A DNA stretch of 64,000 nt from Vezdaea acicularis (Eukaryota), in contig JAPEUI010000053.1 of the NCBI GenBank assembly GCA_026025075.1, positions 1 to 64,000 on the forward strand, written 5' to 3'. Each line of letters starts with the position of its first letter. Position 1 is the stretch's first letter. The notes beneath the pieces were generated by a model. It had not been told where the DNA came from and did not search any database. It saw only the letters and a list, made by a program, of their open reading frames with translations. This document shows, one piece after another, positions 11,597-26,308 of this stretch. The position numbers were made by a program, and so were the translations under genes.

Positions 11597-14500
11597 TCAT
11601 TTCGTTTCGCCGACTTTGTTCAGGCCCTTCAACGAGCCTAGACTAAGTGCTAGTCCCTGAGATCGACTCCTGATCCTCACAAAACCGGTTACTGGGCCAT
11701 CGTCACCTTCCTTCTCAATGCTCAGATTGGCTAGAGCATCTTCGCCTGATTCAATGATTAGCAGGTACCATTGTTATGGTTATGAGATTCTTACCGAACA
11801 CACTACGAGCATAAAGGTTGGCACTCAAGAATTGGCAGTCGCCTTGAAGAGATGCTTCAGGGGTTAAGCAGCTCATGTTTGTGCAAGCCATTAATTGTGC
11901 TAAGAATTCCCTGAGGGATTTGGCCTTTGAATTAATGTTGACCTTGTTCTCCCATTCAAATTCAGTCCACATCGTTCGGAACTGCGTTTCTGTGCAGTAG
12001 GCGGGTTGAATGTAGTCCATAATGTCTACATGAACGTCATTGAGGATGACTACATTCGATTCAGTGGAGCTAGAGCCATCGTAAACGACATTACCAAAGA
12101 TGACACCAGTATCCGTTGAGGAGACTTTGATAGTAGATTGGACATTCTGAAAGTCATGAGGACCTAAATTCTGCGTACTAGGTCTCTCTACCACCTTAAG
12201 GTCGCCCAGGGTAGCAAATTCGACGGAAAGGTTCTGAAGTGTTTCCGTAGTTTGATTCACTAGTAAGACGTCCAAGACGATGTCGAATTGGTGGACTTTG
12301 ACGTAAGCTTCTGCGTAGACAGAATCGGAGAACCCGGTTAGTTGAACAACTCGACTGAGTTTTGAAGATAAGTCCTCTATGGCGGAATCCCCGCCCGTAG
12401 CTCGCTCGAGATCGAGCTCAATCTCGTCCGCACTATCGCCGGTCGTCTTTTTGGACAGCTGTCTGATTGAGAAGACATCATCGATCTGTACCGCGCTTTT
12501 CGCCTTCTCCACAGCCTCTTTAGCTGCTCGCTTCCTCTCCTCTACTTGCACCATTGCTCGGAATGCTTTTCGAGTATCATCGAGGAATACCGTTTCCAAT
12601 TCTTTCCTCTGAGCAAACTCGGCTAGTGAGCGAACGCAGGACATGATACGATCCACCGAGTCCTCATCAATTGCGGCCTTGACGAACTGAGATTGGCCAA
12701 CGCGAAGAATTGAGATCATAATAAGCATAGCTTCACCCCTCAACCTGTTCGTTCGTTCTATATCTTTGGAGATTTCAGAATGCCTCATGACAAGCTTTGT
12801 AAGAGTTGATGACAGAACAGAGGCAAGATAGTAATCGCCATCAAGAATTAATTGACGTAACGGAGGCTTTTGTGCAGCTTTGACAGCTTCGAGCTTAGCT
12901 GCATTGGCCGACTGACTGGTTAGGGCGCTTTCCGTGGCATATGTGCCATCCGCAAGCACCTTTCGAGAACCAGACGGCGCGGAAGGTTTTGTATGCCCAT
13001 TCACATGTTCTTTTGGAGGTGTGTGTTCCTCTGGGACTTCCTCTAAAAGTCGCTGCTCCGTCGCTAGGATTGGAATTTCTCCTAAGCTAGTCCGTATCCG
13101 TTTCCAAGCTTCACGAATATCGTTAGATTCCAGTGAGTACTCGCCCACAATCCACAGTGCTCCCCTGTAGACTTTCCCTGCCCTGACTTCACTCAGAGTT
13201 GAGACAAGGCGTTCTACTATAGAAGGCCTTAGCTTTGGAAACTTTTCAACCACTTCTTTGACGAATGAGATGACATCGACAGCCGACGTATTATTGAAAT
13301 CCGCGATAAAGTCCATTAGTAAGTCAACAACGCTAGCTGCTACTTCGGAGAATTTGATGGCGCATTGATGTATCGAGTGAATGAGCAATTGCCGATATTC
13401 ATTATTCTGATCACGCTTCAGCTTGGGAACTATGCGACGATGAAGGTATTGGAAGTCAACTGACCTTTTCATACTCCTGATCTACCGTTTTAGCTAGCTC
13501 TTTCTTTAACAACATAACGACTTCCTCAACATTTTTACTGGATACCATCTCAAGTGCGAGGTTTAATGCTTTTCTCCGTACATCGATATCTGGGCTTGAA
13601 AGAACTCGGAGTATTTCCATCGTAAGGTCGTCAAGAACGCCCTCATTCTTCTGTCTTAGCTTGTCGACTCGGTCAAGAACGATTAGCTTCACGTTGTTAT
13701 CGGACTCTTTGATGCTTAGTTCAATAAATTTAGCCGCAGCTGCTTTGACTGCAACCGGATTGGTAGTAAGGGAAGTAAGTGATGAAGCAGCCTCGTAGAC
13801 AACAGTCGTTGCACCTGCCTCGAGGAGATCGAAGATAAGTTTCAAATATCGGGCCTTTCACTATGATGAGCTTGAACTGCAAATAGAGATATAATTATAG
13901 ACAGACCTTGTGCTGTGAATTCTGCACGGCATCTTTTCGAATAAACTCCAGTTCCACCAGTTGGAGCAACTCGTCCGCACCTGATACGCCATCAAATACA
14001 CCACTAAGGTATTGCAACGACTTTTCATGACTGATGCTCACGAGCGCGGCAAAAGCGTTCCGTTTGCACGTGTTATCGTTTTCAGCTTCCAGGAACGTTA
14101 GGAGCAAGTCAGGCGCGTCAGGAATCATGTTCTCAGAATGTTGATATATCGAAGAGATGGCGAAAACGGCGTTCTTGCGAACGTAGACATGTCTGTGCTC
14201 CAAACATAACCTAGCAGACGATATGAGGGGCTCTATCAATTCTGGCTCCCGACATTTGCACAGCCAGCGTAATGTATTTCCCCTAATATACTCATTCGCG
14301 TGCTGTAAATCATTACGTATGGAATTGCTATGATCTAGTCAGTTACGAGCCCCGATAAAGCATACCTGTACGGGACTATACCAGACGAGGACCATTTCCT
14401 GCTTCAGCTTCCCGCTTGCATCGAGTTTTGGACAGATCTCGTAGTAGAAATAGAGCAGCTTTTTCAAAGCCTTACTCTTTGAAGGCATGACAAAGCGAAT

Positions 14501-14686
14501 AATATGCATGAGCAATTGGGGTAGAGGATCTCCATTAAGCATGGTTGTCAGAATACGCTTCATTGTCTCGACCTTCACATCATCGTTTCCCTTCTCAAGC
14601 TGTGTCCGTAGTTCCTGAAGGGTTGCTTGGTCTGTAGCATTGTCTTGATGGACTAAGATATACACATTGTCGAGGAAAGATGCCAT
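11597..14686 (-). CDS. SEC26: Coatomer subunit beta (beta-COP), multi-exon
   Basis: [69 protein letters not shown]. Last exon ends [17 protein letters not shown]. Confidence 0.96.
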
Positions 14687-15152
14687 GGTGAAACGGAGAG
14701 CGAGCGTGTAACCTATGGATCTGCTCCTTGATTTGAGACTATATGAATAGCCGGGTTCATCTGGAGAACCTGTCGACTGTGAAACTGAAGCGCCCTCAAC
14801 ACCAAAGGGGCCCCTTCAACTAGACTCCAAAATTGCCAAGCTAAACTCATGAATTGGAGCCAGGTGACGTACGAGGGCTCAGACAGCGATGCTGTAGTAA
14901 AGCTCGGTCTGCTTTGTGGGGTTCAGGGCGCCCTCTGGTAAGCTTCATCCAACCATGCTATCTCACCCTCCGTTGGTTTATTCTGCTGGATTGTGGCTTT
15001 AGCGACGCGAAACCCTCGGCACGTGACACCAAGTAATTCTTGTCCAAACCCCCACCAAAATATCGGAGCAACACCCATTAATCTTGTGTTTACAGTTACA
15101 GGATTCCAGAGACATCATATCCAACGCCGAGGAATCGCAACGCTGAAGGGTT

Positions 15153-15954
15153 ATGGCAGGATCGAGTAATACCTTCTATCTCAGATATTAGTGAGCTTGA
15201 CGGCACCTTGCAAACTATAATCCGACGCTTATAATACCTACAGCTCTGGCCATCAGGGTCGATTCGGGCATGAGTTCTTAGGTGAGATTTCATTTCATGC
15301 AGGAACAAGCTTATGCTAAATAATCTAGAATTCGACTTCCGAGTGCTCGATGATGGAAAGAGCGCTTCGATGCGTTATGCCAATAATTCAAACTACCGCA
15401 ACGACTCCCTAATTCGGAAAGAAAGTTCGTTGCCCTGAAGCAAATAGTTTAAATGGAGGCTGATGCTTTCAAAGTGTGCATTAGCTCATCCATGGTTGAC
15501 GAAATAAAGCGAATCATCAAGACAAGCGAGGTCACAAAGTACGGAACGGCATCATCTTATATGGACCGTCTATTGACTTGACCGACAGAGAGAACGATGA
15601 CAAATGGCCGGAGAAGAACAAAGACGGACGCCAAGAGCTTGAGATAGTCATGGGCAATGAGCATATATCTTTCGCTGTGAGTGTATTTCAGAAGGGCGGC
15701 TGCACTTCAGGAAACTGCAATAAGGACTAACGCAAGAGAATTTGCAGACAGCTAAAATAGGGTCCCTCGTGGATGTAACAGACTCCGCAGATCCAGAGGG
15801 CTTGAGAGTCTTTTATTACTTGGTACAAGACCTGAAGGCTCTGGTCTTCTCGCTAATTGCACTACATTTCAAGGTAGGGTGGATCATTGATACGCAGACT
15901 AAACCCAAGATGATGGCCGAACGTTGGCTGACAAAACAGATCAAACCTATATAG
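15153..15954 (+). CDS. mago: Mago nashi, exon junction complex core (7 short exons)
   Basis: Spliced [22 protein letters not shown]...[18 protein letters not shown]...GRQELEI...[10 protein letters not shown]...[32 protein letters not shown]. Confidence 0.96.
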
Positions 15955-16422
15955 GAATTCATGAGCTACCTGTTGTAATTCAGGTAAAGAATGGTGTGGA
16001 GGAGCGCTTTGGAGTTAAGGGTGCAATGGCATTTCATTTGGGAATTTAGGGGCACGTGGTCGCAACTATGTTTGGAACTGGCTTTGAAAAGGTCAAACCC
16101 CCAGAATAGACTTCCATTGCACTACATGGCTAGGAGTTTGCTGGAACATAATACACAGAACCATGTACTCCAGGTCTACGTTGCTCCTATCCGTTGGCGC
16201 TCACGTCAATCTCGCGTGCTTTCCCCGCGAATCGGGATTCGCCTAGATCATTCATCCCAACCATCAGCGCCATCCACTAAATCGCAAAGGTACTGAGCTG
16301 CTTTTCATCTTGAATGTGTCTTAACCCCACCCCTCTCCTTCTCAATCATAAGTCTGCATTCATATCGCCCGCCGATCGTCCATTTGCGGCTTTGATGGGC
16401 TTTCTTCTTGCGTACTTCACCC

Positions 16423-17601
16423 ATGCCGACACCAAGGGACGAGACTCTTCATGCGCCTCTCTTGCATGATGAAGACCCCCGATCGAACCACGCATCATGT
16501 CCTCCTGAGGAGGAAAGAGCAATTTCCCGGAGAGCGCATTCTATGGACGAGTATCCCTCAGAGCCCCTCTCTCGTGCTGTCGTCCAACGAGAAAATACTC
16601 CTTCGGCAGAAACGCATACTTCCGTTGCGCCGGAAAGCGACATCGATGGGATTCGCGAAACGCAGACTCGACACATCGACGTCGATGAGGACAGCATCGG
16701 TGGTGATGCAACGACTCCGACGAGCTTAGCTCTCGATGTTAGGGATGGCGATCAGCGAGTTCCATCTCGTAATGCAATCCTGTCGACCCAATCGCACGCT
16801 ACCACATCCTTGAGTTACGAATTCTCAAATGTCCGAGTACGTGTTCAGTAGAATCTGCTACCATGGCTAACAATTTCTTTGATTCATGATGCGTTGCTAA
16901 CCTTGAAAGCTTCTTCCTACATGCTCGTCATCTTTCCTTCGCTCTGGAAGCAAATTTTGCGGGACTCAGCATTCCGACCACCAAGTTTATGAAGTCCAAG
17001 TCGAACTGAAACATGTTGATATGCGCGAGTCGTTTCTCTGCGGCTACCTTCGCATCCAGGGTTCGTAGAATGGCTTATCGTAGAGAGATTTCCCGACGCT
17101 AATGTGATCTATGCTCAACTTAGGATTAACCGATGCTCATCCGACATTGACAACGTATTTCGAAGGCGAAATGATTGGGACGAAACACTCTTTCCGAACC
17201 CAGCATCCGGAATGGGGTTCAACAGAGAAAACCGACATGCAACATTGGGCTAAATTTTCTGCGTGGCGGCCATTGCAGAAGCAGGCGAAGCGCGCGGACT
17301 TTAGACTCCCAAATTACGCACAAAGAGAGAACGTATTCATGAGGTGGAAGGAGCAATTCTTGGTTCCGGATCACACTGTTCGGACGATATCTGGGGCTAG
17401 CTTTGAGGGCTTTTATTACATATGTTTCAACCAAGTCGCAGGCACAATAAGTGGGATATACTTCCATGCAAAGAGCGAGAAGTCAGTCATTCCGAACGCC
17501 TTGTTAGCCGTGCTGGCCACTGATTATCCTACAGATTCCAACAACTCGACCTTACCCACGTGGATGACAGGGGATGCTATGGCGCGATGGAGTTTCGATG
17601 A
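16423..17601 (+). CDS. GID4: GID complex substrate receptor Gid4/Vid24 family (4 exons)
   Basis: SFLRSGSKFCGTQ, SFLCGYLRIQGLT, LTTYFEGEMIG, FMRWKEQFLVPDH...ISGASFEGFYYICF; last exon FQQLDL...AMEFR*. Confidence 0.9.
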
Positions 17602-18184
17602 TTTTTGTGTCGAGGCAGGAGAAAGCGCTGTAGGCCGTTTGTATGAGTTTACGAAGCGTTTCACCCATCCGGAGGGTCAAATTAGGAGTTTCATTGGAGA
17701 TTGCAGCCGTTGAGCTGGCTCGAGGCCTTTCTTGCGCTGTATTATCTCGTACCGCTCTTGTGGCCTCTCGCTCGCTCACATTACTAACTTGAACAAGCCT
17801 TTTACTTTCATGCATCATTCTTAATCTCTTTTCGGCAGATACTGTAGGCGGTCTTGACAGAAGTAACCTCACTATCTACTTTTCTAGCAGCGAGTTTTGG
17901 AGGCGCCTGGAGAGGGATCTTTAGCCTGAAAAACTCCACCGATTCTTGAATGAATATAAATCCTTTGAAATCTGGCCACTGATTGCTCATCCATTCAAGT
18001 GTAAACTTTGCACGGTGACATGATGTTCAGATCTTGAGACTCTGACTATGGCCTAGGCCAGGGTCTTCTTTCCCCGTTCGGCTATCAGAACTCGAACGCT
18101 TAGTAGCTCACCCTTTACCCTAACACTGACCACTAACAGCTCCATTCGCAAATATTCAGCTGGCCGCCGCGAGATACCTTTACG

Positions 18185-19150
<966 letters not shown>

Positions 19151-19734
19151 TATGTGACTTTCTCCTGGACTGACGGGTATATGTCCAAGCTTCAGCCCCC
19201 AGTGTTAAGTAATAACAAGTGCTCCTTGAGAATGTACCACTATCCTGTCCCAGCATTGGCACAATTGCTAGACGTCGGGCGTTGCTAGCAATTGTGGTGA
19301 TTCTAGATCTGCTCCTGATTTAGATCAACAAAAACTGCCGATTTTGGTTGATTATTAAGGGCACCATCAGTAAATAAGCCTTCGATCCTAAATACGGCAC
19401 GGGAATGTGCAGAGCTTCCCACCTACATCATTCTCACTTTACCAAGATTCATAACTTTATTTATGTGAAACATTCAGAGCACTAAGCTTCAGGCTTATGA
19501 ATGCATCTACACCTCTGAGCATGAAAACGAAAATATTTGCGCGAAAAGGGTGATGCTGGAAACAAGCAAAGACGTCGTTTTCCGCGTGTCGAAGCTGTCC
19601 CAAGCTGCCAAGCGAAATTTTGCGCTCCTCTCTTTAAAACCGTCGACATGGTGATTTGATAGCTGCCTTAGTAGACTTGGCCGCTGGCCGTCTCCAACAA
19701 TGAGGCTACAAGGCCTGCGTCCTTCTCCATTGAC

Positions 19735-22700
19735 ATGGCCTTGAAGTCCAGAGATCTCGTCCTTGGCTTCATTGTCACCTGCGGCGCTTGGACTGTGATC
19801 GCCCACTCGGCCCCTACCTTGCGGTACACAGGATATGCCTTTATTCTAGGTTCTTTAGCTAGTCTTGTGCTAGGCTCAGTTCTTATACTCTGGAATTCTA
19901 GGGGATCCATGATCAATGGCTCAGCGGTGCTTCCAAGACCGAAATCGCTTGCATTTGAATTACCGCATATATGGAATAATGAAATCGCTGCTCTGGAGGC
20001 ACGATCGATATATAGGCGAAGACCTCTTCACCCTCCCTCCTTCATCATATCAGACAACATAGACGGGTTGCTTGATTTAATCACCAAAGATTTTGTGACC
20101 TCATGGTACAAAAGTATCAGCCCTCGCTCGACCTTCGCCAACGAGGTGCATAAGTCTATAAGCACGGCACTTGCAAACATCCTTGATAGGATACTAGAAG
20201 TAGATTTTGTTGAGGTTGCAGTTTCGAAGATTGTTCCGGTAATCACTTTACATCTAAGGGATTGCTATGATGCAGAACGAGCCGTAAGAGGCAAATATTT
20301 GGATCGCAATTTTACTGAATCTGATGAGCTGGATCTTGCAATTGCGGCGAAGTACCGGAACGGCAAGCTTCATGCAGCAGCATCGCTTTCATACTCAGAC
20401 ACGAAGATTCTTCAGCAAGAGCATCTCCGAGGAGTAGTTGAGAAGATTCTACCCGCTGTGTTGCCGGAGGGCCAGAGCAAGAGCCGCGCTGTGAATATTC
20501 TTATTAAGGAAATAGTAGCATGCGCTGTTCTCTTCCCAATCATGCAATTACTCTCAGATCCGGACGCTTGGAATCAGATGTTAGAAAGCTATGTACGTAG
20601 GGTTTTCCCTGCCCACCACAATCTTGAAGACTGACATGAACTAGGGCCGGACGATGCTACAAGATCGGAAAACGGTCAGAAAGCTTAGAGCTGCGCTTGA
20701 CGAACATGCCTCGCCGAGCTCTAAGACGCGGCAACTAACGGCTTTTCCTAGACTTGCTCCACACGATAGTGATCGAAAGTTTGAAAGGTTTATCAGAGCT
20801 GCCCGAACCTGCCCAAATCTCTCCGATGCTAGGCGGTTTAGAAGCGAGATCTCCAGCCAGCTGAAGAGGGGCTCACGCATTGAAGGACAAGATCAGCTAT
20901 ACCTTCGACGCCTTGAGAATGGGAAGAGAACCCTTGATCAGAGAGTGGCGTACTTGTCCACCAGCGGTACCCCACGACGGAAAGTGCCCCTATCGTCGGC
21001 GAACAATGGTGACATTCTCTCTCGGCTGGAACAGGCTACCCTGAGCCAAGTTCTTCACGATGCTTCAGGACTTTCGTACTTCATGGAGTTCATGGATCGT
21101 CAACGAATGATGCCGCTTGTGCAATTCTGGATTGTGGTTGATGGATTTCGTAATCCTCTGGAGAATGTCTTCGCGGAAGACGATGAGTTGCCACCTGCTC
21201 CGCACCAATGGAGTGACTCTGACAGAATGGACATTGCTCAGATAAACGAAGCCTATTTCTCTAAATCGGACTTGCAGGTCTCTGAGCAATCTCGGAGTGC
21301 TGTTAACACGTTTCTAGCAGCTGGGCAGAATGCAACTCCTCAGGAATATCAACTTGCACGAAACGCGATACTCCGTGCTCAAAAACAAGTCGAAGATGAG
21401 ATGGAGAGCAAATTTTACCCTAAGTTTCAGGCCTCTGATCTATTCTACAAATACTTGTCTTCCGACGAGGCATCTTCAGCAACTACTTCTACACCTCTCC
21501 TTGTACGAAGGGCTCCATCTCTTGCAGTCGACGCCGCGAACACCTTAAAACCAAACTTTGCTTCCCGCCCATCGCTAAGAGCACTAGCTATCGCCAGACC
21601 AGAGCTTCGGAAGACAGCTACAGTGTCAGTGGGCGTAGAGTCTTCACCTTCTGTATCAGAGGATCCCTGGAACGCTACTAAACCTTTAGAGGCCCGACCA
21701 TCTACACCATTGTTTGATGATGACTACGACACGGATCCTCTCTCTCGTTCGACTTATAGTGTGGAAACCGAATCTAGTTCTCCTCACCAAGAGCTCGAGC
21801 CAGAATCACATGTTGTTGCCGCAGTTGAGGCAGCTCTCAACGACATTATGGAAACAGACCCTGATGATTCGAAAGACTCCCTACAAGATAGCTCAGATGC
21901 CACTTTAAGATTAGATGGGGATGAAGTTTCTCAAAGGAGCTCTCTTGATCTTAGTCGTATCGAGATCACTGGCCAAGACAATAATAGATTCAAGCCAAGT
22001 ATAGCTTCGCTTGGCCTGGTGAACGCGTCTTCTCGAATCGGCGTCTTCACTGATGATGATCTCTTTCCAGATGAAGAAAAGTTCATTCAAGATGAACGGG
22101 AAGATCCAGAAGAAGAGCAAAACACCAAATTCTCTCAGGATGAGATTCATGAGGCAGCTCCTGGCGATCTTGGGCTAGTAGAAGCTATCTCAGCATTGAC
22201 GATTGATCTTGAAAGACTTGCAGCGCAGGATTCTGTTGTCGAATCATTAACAAGAAAGGCTGAACTCACCAATAACACCGCAGAGCTCCGGATTCTACGG
22301 AAGTCGAAGGCAAGTCTACAGAGAGAGATGCGGCGTAAGGAGCTACAACGCCAGCAGTACATTGTCCAAGAGGGTGACAATAGCCTCTATGGACGCTCGT
22401 CTGTCAGGATCAAGTCAATCGTAGCCGGCAATGACATGGACGGCCACGAGTACGCACTCTATGTTGTTGAAGTCCAGCGGAAAGCTGGAGACCAAATGGC
22501 AGGAGCGACATGGGCCGTCGCGAGACGATATAGCGAGTTTCATGAACTTAACCAGCGTCTTCGCACTAAATACTCCTCAGTACGCCAATTAGAATTTCCT
22601 CGTCGACGTGTGGTGATGAAGCTCCAGCGCGACTTCCTTCAAAAACGTCGAATCGCTCTGGAACGATATCTTCGTGAATTGTTAGTGCTACCTGACGTAT

Positions 22701-23524
22701 GCCGCAGTCGTGACCTTCGAGCTTTCCTATCTCAGCAAGCTATCACATCGCCAGAATCAACCTCTGATTCACAAGGCGAGCGACAGGACATCATCACGCG
22801 TCTGTACAATTCAGTGACTGATGGTATGGAAGATCTTCTCGGTAACATTCCGGTCCTTGATCAGCTATCAGTTGCCGGCCAGAACTTGATATCTGCCGCG
22901 ACGAGTCAGTTGGGAACACCTCTGGATTCCGCTGCTACAATTTCTGAAGAACCTATAACGAATGCCGAGGCTGAGAAAGAACTAAATGCTTTCGAAGACC
23001 GAGAGCTTGAGCCTTTCGTCAAGCCGATCTGCGATATATTCCTTGAGCTTTTCGAGCTTAATCGGCGTAACAATTGGCTACGTGGCCGGGCTGTTGTTGT
23101 GGTGCTACACCAGCTTCTTGGTGGGACGATAGAAAGAAAAGTCCGCGAAGGGGCCAAACAATTTGTTCAAGAGGAAAATGTGATAAAATATCTAGACTAT
23201 TTTAAGGATACTATGTGGCCGAATAGTGTGCTAAAGAGGGAAAGCAAAGTTAGAACAGAAACTGAGAAGAAGAAGGCGAAGACGGAAGCAAGTCTCATGC
23301 TGGCTACGTTGGTACCAGACATGGCAGGAAGTGTAGTCGGCCGAGCGAACGCGCAAGCTGCTGCAAGGCGAATTGCTGCGACTGTTAATAATGAGAGGTT
23401 GAAGTAAGCTAGACCCTCCTGATTAAACTTATGTTGGACCCTAGCTCAAACTCATAGTACCCATCTGGCGTTCACTATTTTGGACCAGATTATGGAGGTG
23501 CTATTTGGGAAGTCGGCTACATAG
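19735..23524 (+). CDS. MDM1: PXA-RGS-PX-PXC sorting nexin (Mdm1/SNX13-14-like), 3 exons
   Basis: N-terminal hydrophobic segments, PXA (DFVTSWYKSIS), RGS-like (SGLSYFMEFMD...VQFW), PX (WAVARRYSEFHELNQRL...FP...LQKRRIALERYL), Nexin_C (NWLRGRAVVVVLHQLLGGTIERK). Confidence 0.88.
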
Positions 23525-23829
23525 GCGACCTTTGAGCGAAGGCGCATGGCGTTTGGTCGATTCATAAGCCTCCCTGTAGGTCTCATCCGCTCGCACTTTG
23601 CCTGACGAAATCCAGCGCAACCCGCGCACATAAGTCTGGGATTATAGTCGCCCTGTGTAGCCCCTGAAATCTCCTTATTGCAGGGGGCCGATTCATGTTC
23701 TAGAGATGGTAAATCATCTTGCTTATTGGCTACACGACCCATGAAGTCTCTCTGTACACCATACCACCACTTAACAGGACTCTCGTTCTACTTATTCCGC
23801 ATTTGGGCTGCGATGAACATGAGGCGGCC

Positions 23830-25068
23830 TTATACGATAGTGCCATCCAATACCCGATAAAATATACCAAAGTTGGTATCTGGCGCAGCTGCATCGGCTT
23901 TTCCATCTCCCTTCTCCATGACAGCAAATATAACGCTTTCCCACCAACCTCCGCTGAACTCTTTTTCCAGTAGTACCTGCTTCCATATCTCTGCCACCTC
24001 GAGCTGCGGGTTGCGAAAAGCTCCACAACCCAACGCTCCTAACACCAATCTTCGGTGATTATTAATCGCCGCTATCCTAAGTGTAGTTCTCATCTTTGCA
24101 ACCATGAGCTCTCGGTCTTGTGGACGCTCGTATCTGGGAGGTGTTGCCTTCGTAGTTCGCGGGTTTCTGACTGCAGCTACACTGATCACACTCATGATAG
24201 GCAGAGCAAGCATCGGCGCCTTGATGAAACCGTGGCCCATTCTCATGCTCTCCCGAAAGACAATGACTGTTGGTGAATATATACCTGCATTATCCGGAAT
24301 GGGATAGAAGCACCTCTTCAACGTGAAGCTCAACGACGAACGATAGCATAGCGCCTCCTCCTGCGCTAGACTCCCTTTCAACCAACCCCCCCCACCATGC
24401 TTTTCACTTGCCATGTTCAGCACCACAGGTGGCTGCTTGTCTAGAGTGGCAGGGTTATGAGATAGCGCAATAGCGGCATCGAACGTATCTGCGTCGATGA
24501 CCCGTACAACACAACCTGTGGCCTTACCGTGAGATAATGGGAGCTGAAAGCCGGGGCAGTATTTCTGGTCGAGATAGGGCATCCTCTTACGCTCGTAGAG
24601 CCTCCCCTCCGCGGGCGCATGAGCGACACATCTTAGTAGCCTAGGCAAGACCTTTTTTGTCTCAGCTGCAACTTTGGCTAGTTCAGACCTTCTGGAGTTT
24701 TGGGGAGGGGCTACTGGGCTCGGTGGACGTGCCGAGGGGTCAAGATGAACCGAGCCATCCTGCGACTCAGGTGAAGCAAACCTAGTGCGTGGAATATCTT
24801 GTGCTATGTTGTCTTCTGCTTCGCCGAGAGAGGATGCGAGGCTTGACTCGGTCAAAAGTATCGGTATCGGCAGTTCTTGTGAGCTTTCATCCTCTTGTAT
24901 CGGGTAATTAAGAGCGTCATCTAGTGTATCGGTAGGTCTTGGAATGATTGGCGTTGGCTTTTCGAAATATCGTGAAGTCTCGCTCGGGTTTGGAGGAGAA
25001 TTCTTGATGAATGCATCCGTTAGCTTCGCCTGGACGAACTTCCGGGGTCCAGGGCCAGCAGATGACAT
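23830..25068 (-). CDS. DUF2263/TIGR02452 macrodomain protein, microbial-type poly(ADP-ribose) glycohydrolase-like
   Basis: VLNMAS...GGGGWLKGSLAQEEALCYRSSL (PARG GGG-x6-8-QEE signature) and LVLGALGCGAFRNP. Intronless, with a disordered N-terminus. Confidence 0.88.
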   Translation of the reverse strand: MSSAGPGPRKFVQAKLTDAFIKNSPPNPSETSRYFEKPTPIIPRPTDTLDDALNYPIQEDESSQELPIPILLTESSLASSLGEAEDNIAQDIPRTRFASPESQDGSVHLDPSARPPSPVAPPQNSRRSELAKVAAETKKVLPRLLRCVAHAPAEGRLYERKRMPYLDQKYCPGFQLPLSHGKATGCVVRVIDADTFDAAIALSHNPATLDKQPPVVLNMASEKHGGGGWLKGSLAQEEALCYRSSLSFTLKRCFYPIPDNAGIYSPTVIVFRESMRMGHGFIKAPMLALPIMSVISVAAVRNPRTTKATPPRYERPQDRELMVAKMRTTLRIAAINNHRRLVLGALGCGAFRNPQLEVAEIWKQVLLEKEFSGGWWESVIFAVMEKGDGKADAAAPDTNFGIFYRVLDGTIV

Positions 25069-26308
25069 TGGGCTAAACGTTGGGTTTTGTGAGCTATATT
25101 GGATAGCGGGTCAGATGCTAAAGATTTTGCGATATCTTGTAAGCAGCTCTATGCCGAACCAATGATCATGGTTCATGATGCATCGAGTGGAAAAAAGCAT
25201 GTTAGTTCTAAATAGGATCGTCAACATCCCATCTTCAGCTTTTGCCAGTTAGACATTGCATGGGCAGAAAACCACATCGCCTTCCATAAGTCCTGAAGCT
25301 GTCTTGGTGCGACTCATCCTCTCAACAGACTATGATAAGCTTGCTCCTGAAAAATAAGTCTTTTACCTGCGTGAAGCTTTACGTGTCTACGAACGGGATC
25401 ATCACGCGAACAGAGTCTGAAATTGCCGAAGTCCTGCTTGACGGCTTCAAGGCTCCTAAGAGCTGAATAAGGTCATTATGTATAGGCTTCGTGCGTGCCC
25501 CTATAATGGGACCCAAGCACCTATAGAAAAGTATAGAATGAGCGGCCTGAACAGGTCTCAAGCCATCGCCAGGCCCTAACCATCGGATAACGCTCGGTAT
25601 AGCAGGAAGAGGATGTCAAGATTGACAGTGTCTCGCCGCAGCTGAACTCGCCCAGAGGTCAAGTGGCATACTGAGCCGCCTCCCAAGCGCGATCTGCTCT
25701 CACCAGCTCGTCTTCTTGCCCAAACAAATGACCAGCCCCCATCGTGTATCTACGCTACGGTTTACCTTGCCAATTTCCCCCTAGTCAGTCCCGCTTTAAG
25801 GGAGCATCACAATGAAGACATAAAAGTATTGCAAAGTCCCCATGCCAGGAGCACCTTCAGGTGAAGTAGTATATACGGGGAAAGAGCAGAATATCTCTTA
25901 TGGATGCTCTCAAATGCTAATCAGTGCCAGTCTCACGGCAAGCACATACAGCGATTCACCTTATGAGTTATTCAGAATATGACCATCAGATGCAAAGAGG
26001 GAAGAAGCTATTATGGACCACACCATGCATTTTATCCCCGTCCTAGGTAAAAAGAGAGTAGTAAGAGGAACACTACCAGTAGTGCAGTAGTCGGCTCCCC
26101 ACGGTATCAATCTGGATGAGCTTGCTTTCTCAGTCAATCAATCAATCTGTGACAGAAGTGTGGGTATCTCGACCCGATTCGCTTGGCGCTAAGATCAGAT
26201 TACATAGGAAAAGGACAAAAGGAAACTGGTGTGTTTAGTCTAGCAAACCGCTGTGATCGTCCCCATTCGCCGCCTCTTCTGGTATCCTACCAAATGCCTC
26301 TCGAGTCA

